Virus record (IMG/VR): IMGVR_UViG_3300013121_000017
Coordinates: 197,681 to 261,680 of that record
DNA: 64,000 nucleotides
Strand: one strand, 5' to 3'
Origin: a virus
Lineage: Duplodnaviria > Caudoviricetes
Below the pieces are notes generated by a model that was given only the letters and a program-made list of their open reading frames with translations, did no database searches and was not told where the DNA came from. The position numbers and the translations under genes were made by a program. Every line of letters begins with the position of its first letter. Positions within the stretch are counted from its first letter, which is position 1. Of the stretch, positions 17,343 to 25,434 are shown piece by piece.

Positions 17343-19001
17343 TTACTTCCTCAGTGGTAGTTTTTCAGGAACCACGATCCTTGGGACTTCGCCGGGCCGT
17401 AGCTTCGATGCAACGACGATCAGCATAAACCCTTGGTACGATTCCTCAAACTGGTCACGTCTTAGTGGCCTGATCGGCTCCCTGAGCAGGCCAAGTAGGA
17501 TCGGGTCGTTGGACAATTTCAACAGCCCGTCCAGATCCTTGAAGTTCAGGGCGAACTCCCTTGCCACGTCTTCCTTGTTCATCAGGTGTTCGAGGTAGTT
17601 GTCGTAGATGAGGCCATAGCTCTTCGAGAGAGCCTGGGTTTTCATGCCGTTTGTCAACGCCACGGCGTCCTGATAGATCTGCATGTCCTTCGTAACTTGA
17701 CGTTCCAGATCCGATCCGAACAAGTCTTGCACCTTGTAAGCGTCCTGCTCCTTGGTTATTAGCAACTGAATGCTGTCGTGGTTCGGGTTCCACTTGTTCA
17801 AAGCCCTGACTTCGTCGTCAATGGTTTTGATTCCTTCGCTGTGACACACGATGCAGGATCTAGCACTTCTCACGACGCGATCCACCGCAGAGTTGTCCAA
17901 CACAATGTTAATAGGAGCCTCATCTTGTCTCCCTCCGTTGCCGTCTGCCAGGAAGTAAGCCTGAAGTCCATTCGGCAAAGTACCGATGTATTCTGATGCG
18001 TCGTGCTTGTTGTCCAGCAGGTTGAGCAACGCCTTGTTGCCCTTGATGCTGTTCAGTACGTCGAAGGTTTCCCAGTAGTAGCCGCCGGTGAAGGTCGGGC
18101 TACGCTGTACTCTTCGGTTGTTTCTGGATATACCAGACATCACGATGACGGCACGGTCCTGGCTGCGAGCTTTCTCAGCCAAGGCTAGGTCCGTGAACAC
18201 CAGCTTCTGAAAGTCCTCTACCTTGTTTCCGAGGTTCAGGAAGTTGTAGTACGCTGGAGCCAGGGTTGCGTAAGTGATGAACCAATCCGCTCTAACAATC
18301 GGGGCTTCCGACTGAGTCAGCTTGATGAAGTCCGCCATTACGTCGGCGTTGATCCAGGGCGGCGATACCAGCTTCTCCTTCTTGATATTCTGCTCGATGG
18401 GAACTTGAATCTGTTCCTCGATCTCAACGTCCTCTTTGACCAGCCGCTTCTCGTAATACGGTTGTCCTGTGTTCTGGTAGACGCCTACCTGTACGAGCTT
18501 TTCGACCTGTTTCGTTACTGTTTTCTTCTGGGTGATCGTCTTGAACTTGACCTCGGCCTTGTCCACGATCAGTGTGTGGAAGTAAGGTTCTGGGAATGGT
18601 CGAGGGCCGCTTCCTTCGCGGGCCAGTTTCTCCCAGGATTCTGGATTCCAGTCATAGTCCTTGATGTTGATGCGGATCACAGTTTTCTCACTGGCTCCGA
18701 CAAACACAGGGATGTAGATCTTTCGCCTTGTCCCAAGCGAGTTCACCACGAACGATACAATTTTTGCGTACTCGTCACGTTTGGCAGCCGGGATGTTGTG
18801 CAGCGAAAGATAGCGAATGTATGGCTGTTGTTCGACCGGCAGAGTCTTCAAGTCTGCCAGGGCGAAGAACACAGAGCTTTCTGGCGTCCATAGCTTCTCC
18901 TCGACAACAGGCGGCGGACCATCAGGTTGCTGTGCCTGTACAGACAGAAGAGCGGTAAGGCCAAGGGCCAGTAGCATGATGCCACAAAACAGTTTCTTCA
19001 T
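17343..19001 (-). CDS. Secreted protein with a single heme-c motif
   Basis: Signal peptide MKKLFCGIMLLALGLTALLSVQA; 'LPNGLQAYFLADGNG..DEAP..SCIVCHSEG'. Confidence 0.78.
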   Translation of the reverse strand: MKKLFCGIMLLALGLTALLSVQAQQPDGPPPVVEEKLWTPESSVFFALADLKTLPVEQQPYIRYLSLHNIPAAKRDEYAKIVSFVVNSLGTRRKIYIPVFVGASEKTVIRINIKDYDWNPESWEKLAREGSGPRPFPEPYFHTLIVDKAEVKFKTITQKKTVTKQVEKLVQVGVYQNTGQPYYEKRLVKEDVEIEEQIQVPIEQNIKKEKLVSPPWINADVMADFIKLTQSEAPIVRADWFITYATLAPAYYNFLNLGNKVEDFQKLVFTDLALAEKARSQDRAVIVMSGISRNNRRVQRSPTFTGGYYWETFDVLNSIKGNKALLNLLDNKHDASEYIGTLPNGLQAYFLADGNGGRQDEAPINIVLDNSAVDRVVRSARSCIVCHSEGIKTIDDEVRALNKWNPNHDSIQLLITKEQDAYKVQDLFGSDLERQVTKDMQIYQDAVALTNGMKTQALSKSYGLIYDNYLEHLMNKEDVAREFALNFKDLDGLLKLSNDPILLGLLREPIRPLRRDQFEESYQGFMLIVVASKLRPGEVPRIVVPEKLPLRK

Positions 19002-19057
19002 TCGTTTTCTTTCGGATTGCGGTGGGGGACGCAAGTCCCCCACCTATGCCAGTCGTA

Positions 19058-19702
19058 TCAGGCGACGACAACGCCGGTGTGAACCACCGGATCAGTTGCC
19101 TTCGGCTTGATCGCGTTCAGGATGGCCTGGATCAGTGCTTCGATAAGTTGCGGGCCATACTTTTCCAGAATGACCGGGAGCAGCTTTTCGAGCAGCGTTG
19201 AGATGATGCTTGCGTCAAGCTTTGCCTGGGCCGACATCACTTCGCCGGCTTTCGGCTTGATTGCGTCGAGAACCATCTTGATGAGGTACTCGATCAGTTG
19301 CGGGCCGTACTTCTCAAGGATCAGCGGCAGGAACTTCTCCAGCAAGGTCGTGATCAGGTTGGAGTCCAACCCTTCCACGATCTGGCCGTCGATCACGACG
19401 CCGGTCTGAGGCGAGCCGTCAACTGACAGTGGAACCTCGGCGATTGCCATGTTCCGTGTGAACAGATCCTGAAGGAACTGAAGCACGGTCGGGCCGAATT
19501 TGTTGAATGTGTCCATGATCCACTGGATGGTGAACCCGCTACGAGCGAGTTCTACCAGCAGGGCAAGGACATCCGGGCCGAACTTCTCCAGAATGTCGGC
19601 CACAGCACCGCTATCAAAACCGAAGTCTTGGGCGGAAGCCTTCAGGATGTCGATCTGTTCGACCGACATCGCGCGAACTTCTTGGTTAGACATGTCTATC
19701 AC
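19058..19702 (-). CDS. Amphipathic helical-repeat protein
   Basis: Four K[FY]GP helix-turn units; near-duplicate 'LLEKxLPxILEKYGPQLIExLI..L.AIKPKA'. Confidence 0.75.
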   Translation of the reverse strand: MIDMSNQEVRAMSVEQIDILKASAQDFGFDSGAVADILEKFGPDVLALLVELARSGFTIQWIMDTFNKFGPTVLQFLQDLFTRNMAIAEVPLSVDGSPQTGVVIDGQIVEGLDSNLITTLLEKFLPLILEKYGPQLIEYLIKMVLDAIKPKAGEVMSAQAKLDASIISTLLEKLLPVILEKYGPQLIEALIQAILNAIKPKATDPVVHTGVVVA

Positions 19703-19720
19703 CTTTTTCTAAGTAAGTGT

Positions 19721-20563
19721 TCAACCAGTCACAACGGGGACATCGTCCTCGGTGTTTTTGTCCTGCGGGTCATCGAACGCCGCTTGGATTGCGAATGCGT
19801 CAGGGTGCATCTGGCTGAAGTGTTCCCGACGAAGGTATGCGTGTCCCTTGATGCCGAATCTTTCGCCCCAAGAGTTTTGGATCTTGATCAGCCATCCGTA
19901 GCGTGGGTGCTTCTTGAGGCCGACGCCCAGGATGCAGTGACCGCCGCCGCCACTGGTGCGGAGCGGGCAGACGCCCTCGGAATCGACATTCGAGAAGTTG
20001 TCCCCGACCATGATGCCCAGTGGGCAGCAGAAGCCGAGGTTGATGGCCTGACAGATTTCATCGAAGCTGTTGCACTTGAACGCCAACGACAGTCGGAACC
20101 GCATGGCGGCGTCGTACATCTGCTGCGTGAACTGGCTCTGGTACATCACTCCCTGTCCCAACATTCCGTTGGGGCATGCACCATAACGCTTCAGAGCCAT
20201 CAGGCCGTTGGAGATCATCGCGCCGGCATCCCGCCCGCCGTTGATCAGGCCGTAGGTGAAGTACGGCGTGAACTCTTGGGCTGGGTTGCCCAGTTGTTTC
20301 CACACCAACTCCATACCTGATGCACAACCCTGGCCCACACACGAAGACGTGCTGCCCTGGTTGAGGATTCGGTTTTTGTAAACGACCGCAAGGTCGATCT
20401 CCCGCAAATCGTGCTGTGCCTGACCGAACAACTGATCGCCGAAGTTGGCGAAGTCGTGGTTGTTGTCAGACGGAATGCAGCCGAGAACGCGGTATTCGCC
20501 GTCGAATTTGATCGCCGGCAGTCTGCTGATTGAAAGTGGGCCGATTGGATGCCTCATGTTCAC
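19721..20563 (-). CDS. Papain-like cysteine protease (C1A family)
   Basis: NQGSTSSC (Q/C), GGGHCILGVG (H), IQNSWGERFG (N). Confidence 0.9.
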   Translation of the reverse strand: MNMRHPIGPLSISRLPAIKFDGEYRVLGCIPSDNNHDFANFGDQLFGQAQHDLREIDLAVVYKNRILNQGSTSSCVGQGCASGMELVWKQLGNPAQEFTPYFTYGLINGGRDAGAMISNGLMALKRYGACPNGMLGQGVMYQSQFTQQMYDAAMRFRLSLAFKCNSFDEICQAINLGFCCPLGIMVGDNFSNVDSEGVCPLRTSGGGGHCILGVGLKKHPRYGWLIKIQNSWGERFGIKGHAYLRREHFSQMHPDAFAIQAAFDDPQDKNTEDDVPVVTG

Positions 20564-21300
20564 CTCACATACTTGTTCAGGATTGCGATGACATCTGCGT
20601 CCGTCCTCGGGACCAGAAGTTCGGTGGGGTTAAGCACCGCACCGGCCTGGGACTGGAGAATCATGGTCGGACCACCGCCATTCTTCGTGACCAGCCCGTC
20701 GAGTTTCTTTGCCGTAACAACAGGCGACGACTTGTCGTAGATCCTCATGAACCCACCCTTGTCGCTGACCGTCTTTCGGAGGGTCGCACTGTTGAGCAAC
20801 GCTGCCAGTTCTGGAGTGGCATTGTTCATGTCCACCACGAACGTAAGGTGGAACTTCCCAGCAACCGGGGCCGGCGGGTTAGGTCCGGGCGGCTGTGGTC
20901 CAGGCGGGGTAGGCCCGTTACCACCAACTTGAATTGAAGTTCTCACGAACTCGGTCATCTTGCCGTCAACCAACCCGACCGCAAACACAGTTACGACCGT
21001 GCCGGGCTGAGTTGGAACAGAGACGATGATTGAGTTGGTTGAGTCGTTGGAAACGTATTTGACTTTTACACTGCTGATGACCAGCCATTTGACTGATCCC
21101 TTGCAGGTAGCTGTGATGTTGACGAAGCCTTCATCAGGGGCGACAACTTGGTCCGGCGTCAATTCAATCCCGGTAGCCTTGTTGGCCGACGCGATTGGTG
21201 CTGGCGGTGTTGGCGGACCCTCTTGGGCCGACACAGTTGCGCCCATGAGTGCCAAGGCAACCAAGCCTGCCATCAAGCCTGCGGCTATTCTCTTGATCAT
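20560..21300 (-). CDS. Secreted two-domain protein with Pro-rich linker
   Basis: SD GGAGGAG; signal peptide MIKRIAAGLMAGLVALALMGATVSA; beta domain, GPTPPGPQPPGPNPP linker, alpha/beta domain. Confidence 0.8.
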   Translation of the reverse strand: MIKRIAAGLMAGLVALALMGATVSAQEGPPTPPAPIASANKATGIELTPDQVVAPDEGFVNITATCKGSVKWLVISSVKVKYVSNDSTNSIIVSVPTQPGTVVTVFAVGLVDGKMTEFVRTSIQVGGNGPTPPGPQPPGPNPPAPVAGKFHLTFVVDMNNATPELAALLNSATLRKTVSDKGGFMRIYDKSSPVVTAKKLDGLVTKNGGGPTMILQSQAGAVLNPTELLVPRTDADVIAILNKYVR

Positions 21301-21406
21301 GGGTTCTCCTCCTGTCATGGGATTTTTCTTGAAATGCGGCGTGACCGCCTTCGGGTAATAGCACTTGTATGTATTCAGCAGATTCTGTTTTGTCTTCTTG
21401 GCGGGT

Positions 21407-21415
21407 TGCTATAAT
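21407..21415 (+). promoter_or_regulatory. Extended -10 sigma70-type promoter (TGcTATAAT)
   Basis: TG-C-TATAAT immediately upstream of the structured non-coding region. Confidence 0.6.
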
Positions 21416-21419
21416 AAGG

Positions 21420-21594
21420 GTGTGCGGGACGGAAAACCCTGCACGCCAACCGTCGAGTCGTCTTGACGGCAGGCGACATAACTGACTCAAAAAAGGTCAG
21501 TTGTGTTCGTCGTTGGTTCTCCTTGTCAAGTTGTCGCATGCAGGGCAACTAGGGTTAGCCGGGTGGGCCTAAAGCCTGCTCGGCTAATCTTTTT
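21420..21594 (+). ncRNA. Candidate structured small RNA (possibly 6S-like)
   Basis: No credible ORF; own promoter and terminator; several helices including long-range CCCTGCA/TGCAGGG and CTTGAC/GTCAAG pairings. Confidence 0.5.
21553..21594 (+). terminator. Intrinsic terminator
   Basis: GGTTAGCCGGGTGGGC-ctaaa-GCCTGCTCGGCTAATC-TTTTT. Confidence 0.8.
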
Positions 21595-21618
21595 GGTAGT
21601 TGACACTCCTGTGTCTAT

Positions 21619-22941
21619 ATGGAAGAAAAAGCACGCTCTCTCATCGAGGCTTTCATTCGTAAAGACCTCAGTCATACATGCCAGATCTCAGTCGTCGGCG
21701 ACGTGATGTTGGACGAGTATTATGATGTTTCGGTGAGTCGAATTTCCCCAGAATTCCCTATCCCAGTCATGCGGTCACAATCTGACCGATGTACCCGCGT
21801 CCCAGGTGGTGCGGCAAATGTGGCTCTTCAATTCTCTAAGTTCAACACACATGTCTTCCTGACCGGCATCACTCATGATGTCATGCCGCTCATGCCTCTG
21901 AAGAAGATCACAAACCACAGCCCCCTGGACTGCGGGTTAGTCATCCCGGTCAAGAAACGCTTCTACCAGGGGGATTTCCCTGTGGCACGCTGGGATGTCG
22001 AGGAACCATGTTACGGTCAGACCTCGCTGTGGATGTTCGATGACTTTGAGCTTCAGAGGACTGAGGTCACAGTCTTCAGTGACTACAACAAGGGCATTTT
22101 CGACAAGCCTTGGTACAAGCGGTTCCTCAAAGACCGCCTTACCATCGTTGATCCCAAGCACGATCTAACTCGCTGGGAAGGCTGCACCATCCTCAAGCCG
22201 AACAGCGTCGAGGCAGCCGCACTCACCGGCGAGAAAGATTGGAAACGACAGGCAGAGAAGCTGAAGAAGATTGTTGGCTGTCGGGACGTGGTCATCACTC
22301 AGGGGTCCGAGGGCGTCGTGGGCATTACCCCGGCTGGTTTCTTCGAGTATCGCCCGAGTCGGAAGGACGAGGTGAATAGTGTGATTGGGGCCGGGGATTG
22401 CTTTATTGCGTTCCTGGCGATGGCTGTGGCACACGGTATGTCCACTTACGAGGCTGCAATTATCGCGTATGAGGCGGGAGCCGTGTACGTTCAGAGTAAG
22501 CACAACAGGCCGTTGAAGCCTGCGGAATTGCTCGCACGGAAGGGTGGTAGTCAAGTCGTCTTTACAAATGGCTGTTTCGACTTGTTACACGCCGGACACA
22601 TTCAGACCCTGGAATTTGCCAAGGATCAGGGTGATTTGTTGGTGGTGGGGATCAATTCGGACGAGAGCGTGAGACGTTTGAAGGGCGACAGCAGGCCGGT
22701 AAACAAACTGGCCGACCGCATCCGTGTGCTGTCGGCCATGAAGTGTGTTGATTGTGTCGTTCCGTTTGACGCCGACACTCCGTTGGACCTGATCAAGTAC
22801 GTCAGGCCAGACATCATCGTCAAGGGTGGGGACTATCGGGCCGAGGAAGTGGTCGGCCATGATTTGGCCGAGGTCATCATCGCCCCGATGTTGGCCGGGC
22901 TTTCGACCACCAGCTTGATTGCGAAAACGAGATCCAACTGA
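21619..22941 (+). CDS. hldE: Bifunctional heptose 7-phosphate kinase / heptose 1-phosphate adenylyltransferase
   Basis: VGDVMLDEY..RISPEFPIPV, PGGAANVA, SDYNKG, IVDPK, VIGAGD; FTNGCFDLLHAGH, GINSDESVRRLKG, KGGDY, STTSLI. Confidence 0.93.
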   Translation: MEEKARSLIEAFIRKDLSHTCQISVVGDVMLDEYYDVSVSRISPEFPIPVMRSQSDRCTRVPGGAANVALQFSKFNTHVFLTGITHDVMPLMPLKKITNHSPLDCGLVIPVKKRFYQGDFPVARWDVEEPCYGQTSLWMFDDFELQRTEVTVFSDYNKGIFDKPWYKRFLKDRLTIVDPKHDLTRWEGCTILKPNSVEAAALTGEKDWKRQAEKLKKIVGCRDVVITQGSEGVVGITPAGFFEYRPSRKDEVNSVIGAGDCFIAFLAMAVAHGMSTYEAAIIAYEAGAVYVQSKHNRPLKPAELLARKGGSQVVFTNGCFDLLHAGHIQTLEFAKDQGDLLVVGINSDESVRRLKGDSRPVNKLADRIRVLSAMKCVDCVVPFDADTPLDLIKYVRPDIIVKGGDYRAEEVVGHDLAEVIIAPMLAGLSTTSLIAKTRSN

Positions 22942-22945
22942 TCTC

Positions 22946-23284
22946 TCACTTGTGGTTCTCGCAGCAGCCCTTCTTCGTGCCGCACTCCTTCTTCGGGTCT
23001 TGGTTCTGCTTGCCTGGGCATGCCTGACAGGAACACTTCTCGCACTTGCAGCCGCCGACGCAGGTGCAAGGGTTGCAGGTGCAAGCCTTCTTGCCGGGGC
23101 ATGACTTGCAAGCACAGTTGTCGCACTTGCAGTCCTTACAATCGCAATTCTTGCAGTCGCACTTGACCGCATGTGCGGCGTGAACGCCGAGTGCCTTCTG
23201 AACGTCAGGGCAATACTTTACAGCCGCCCCCATGCCGACCAGACCCAGGACTACGCCCAGGACTAGGATTCCTAGTGTCTTCAT
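22946..23284 (-). CDS. Metallothionein-like Cys-rich protein with N-terminal hydrophobic leader
   Basis: 22 Cys, including two 9-Cys (CxC)4-C-PGK domains. Confidence 0.72.
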   Translation of the reverse strand: MKTLGILVLGVVLGLVGMGAAVKYCPDVQKALGVHAAHAVKCDCKNCDCKDCKCDNCACKSCPGKKACTCNPCTCVGGCKCEKCSCQACPGKQNQDPKKECGTKKGCCENHK

Positions 23285-23352
23285 CTTTGCTCCTTTGATT
23301 GGGTGTTGGGCGACTGAGTCGCCTACATACCCATACTGTAGTGGTCGGAGTT

Positions 23353-23634
23353 ATGAAAATGACCAAGAAGCGGTATTCACGCCAACAGATCAAGAAGCTC
23401 TTTGAGAAGAAATGCTACTTCTGCGGCGAGGACAATTACGACCTTCTCGATGCTCACCGGATTATTCCTGGCGAGCAGGGCGGTAAATACAACGACCACA
23501 ACATCCTCGTCATTTGCAGCAACTGTCATCGCAAGTGCCACGCAGGAGTGATCAAGATCGACCGGAAGTACATGTCCACGACGGGCAGGTGGGTGCTTCA
23601 CTACTGGATAGACGGAGAGGAAAAGTGGGCATGA
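23353..23634 (+). CDS. HNH endonuclease
   Basis: CYFCG..LDAHRIIPGEQGGKYNDHNILVICSNCHRKCH. Confidence 0.85.
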   Translation: MKMTKKRYSRQQIKKLFEKKCYFCGEDNYDLLDAHRIIPGEQGGKYNDHNILVICSNCHRKCHAGVIKIDRKYMSTTGRWVLHYWIDGEEKWA

Positions 23635-23861
23635 TGACCTTCGCAGAGTTCATGGCGCTTGACGAACAGAGCAAGCGAGTCACGCTCTACGGTATCGGCA
23701 AGAACCGTAAGAAGGATACTTCGCGTACCCCTGGCCGTCTTGGTGTTCTATTCAAGGCTGTCAATCCTGCCGATCTTGGCTTGCCTGTTGTCTGGAAATT
23801 CAACGCGGGGCGACTCGGTTACAAGACCAAGAGAACCGGAGTCGTTGGAAAACCAAGATGA
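23631..23861 (+). CDS. Putative internal head protein (capsid-targeting-like N-terminus)
   Basis: MMTFAEFMALDE followed by a basic body; ATGA overlap. Confidence 0.6.
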   Translation: MMTFAEFMALDEQSKRVTLYGIGKNRKKDTSRTPGRLGVLFKAVNPADLGLPVVWKFNAGRLGYKTKRTGVVGKPR

Positions 23862-24034
23862 CAAAACCCTGCCACAAGTGCCGCCGCCACAAAGCTCCTG
23901 TCCCAATTCCTATCCCGCAGCAACCTCCAGCCAAACGCGAAGAGGCTCCCAGACTCGAACCGCCCAATCTATCGGGCGACATTCGTCGTGAAATCGTCGG
24001 CAAGACGATTCGTATTCGTTTGAAGAAAGACTGA
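23858..24034 (+). CDS. Small hypothetical protein (58 aa)
   Basis: ATGA overlap; MTKPCHKCRRH...IRIRLKKD. Not in the ORF track. Confidence 0.5.
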   Translation: MTKPCHKCRRHKAPVPIPIPQQPPAKREEAPRLEPPNLSGDIRREIVGKTIRIRLKKD

Positions 24035-24051
24035 CCGCTATCTCCTTTACG

Positions 24052-24639
24052 GTGATGATTTACACCGGAGAAGGCTTGCGGGTCATGATTTGCACATACC
24101 CGACGCCATACCACCATTGGATGTCTTTCGCATGCTATTCCAGCATGCGTCATTTCCTGCCCGACGCCAAGATCGAACTTGCGGTCTTTGGGCGTAAGGG
24201 CTTTTTCTACGACTGGGCCTATCGACTGCTGCTGAATGTGGTGCGTCGTCCAGATGTTTTAGCCGCGCCGCTGATCGAGGCCGAGCCTGGAATGTTGGTT
24301 GTGACTTCCGAGTGTGTGGCTGTCGAGCCTTGGAACGACGACATGTTGTCGAGGAGTTTGGTGAACCGCACAGGCACGGCTTGTTTGAGGCGTGACAAAG
24401 AATGTGAGATCAGCAATGTTTTGTGCGAGGATGCCAAGTACGACGGGTATACGCCACTGGTAAATGTGGCCGGCGGGGTGGGAGGGTTTGTCCCGAAGGA
24501 CTGGATAGATAAGAGCGTTTGTTTCCTGACCTACGTCAATCGATTTAGGACGGGCAATGAAACGCAAATGGAACTGGCGGTGTTTGAAGAATGGCAGCGT
24601 GCCACGATGCTTGCATCCAGCCTGGGGCTTAATCAGTGA
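24052..24639 (+). CDS. Hypothetical protein
   Basis: 195-aa ORF in operon context. Confidence 0.65.
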   Translation: MMIYTGEGLRVMICTYPTPYHHWMSFACYSSMRHFLPDAKIELAVFGRKGFFYDWAYRLLLNVVRRPDVLAAPLIEAEPGMLVVTSECVAVEPWNDDMLSRSLVNRTGTACLRRDKECEISNVLCEDAKYDGYTPLVNVAGGVGGFVPKDWIDKSVCFLTYVNRFRTGNETQMELAVFEEWQRATMLASSLGLNQ

Positions 24640-24645
24640 GGACAA

Positions 24646-24909
24646 ATGAAGAACGACGAACCGGAGTTCGGCTACTTTGAGGAGCCGGATATTCCCGACG
24701 AGCAGTTGGAAGCCATGATCGAAGAAGAGAGCAGCTACAAGGAGGAAGAGCTTCGTTTGACCCACGTTGCCCTGAGACACCAACTGCTAGAGAAAGCAAA
24801 AGCCTTCGTGAGCGAGGGCGTGCAGTGGCGTATGAAGCCACTGAAGCAACGATTGGCCGAGCTAACCGTAACGTACAGGATGATGACAAAACTAACCGAA
24901 GACGAGTGA
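24646..24909 (+). CDS. Hypothetical acidic protein
   Basis: SD GAGGA; 87 aa. Confidence 0.7.
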   Translation: MKNDEPEFGYFEEPDIPDEQLEAMIEEESSYKEEELRLTHVALRHQLLEKAKAFVSEGVQWRMKPLKQRLAELTVTYRMMTKLTEDE

Positions 24910-24960
24910 AGACGACGACCATGTTTTCACCGCACTACAATCAAGAGCGAGGAGCGAGCA

Positions 24961-25260
24961 ATGCCGATGTATGAGTTCGAGTGCAAGAAGTGCCAAGAAA
25001 GGTACAGCGACCTGACAAAGTGGGACGAGACTGATGTTTACCCAGACACTGTCTGCCCCAAATGTGGTTCCGACAAGAAGACGAGACTGATGAGTTGCTG
25101 TGCGCCGATCCCGAACAAGGACAGTCACGATCACAGGTTTTGGAGCAAGATCGAAAAGGATCGCGGAATCAGGGAGGCAGCCGAGGCGGCACAAGGTCCG
25201 GCTCCTTACAACTCGATTGATGACATCAGCAGCGGCCAGTTCTTCGGGGAGGTTGAATAA
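24961..25260 (+). CDS. FmdB-family zinc-ribbon protein
   Basis: MPMYEFECKKC ... CPKCGS ... RLMS. Confidence 0.85.
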   Translation: MPMYEFECKKCQERYSDLTKWDETDVYPDTVCPKCGSDKKTRLMSCCAPIPNKDSHDHRFWSKIEKDRGIREAAEAAQGPAPYNSIDDISSGQFFGEVE

Positions 25261-25434
25261 TTTTGGGGAAACGACTTGCATCAGGGGCTACCTTCGGTCT
25301 AGTATGAATTGAAGGTGGCCTTCAATCCAAAGACGAGAAAAGACACCCCCTTCTTCAGGACACGATGACTATGAAGACTAACGAAAACAACTCCGTCCAA
25401 CCCACGATGGTCGTGCCGGCGAGAAGGAGACAAC

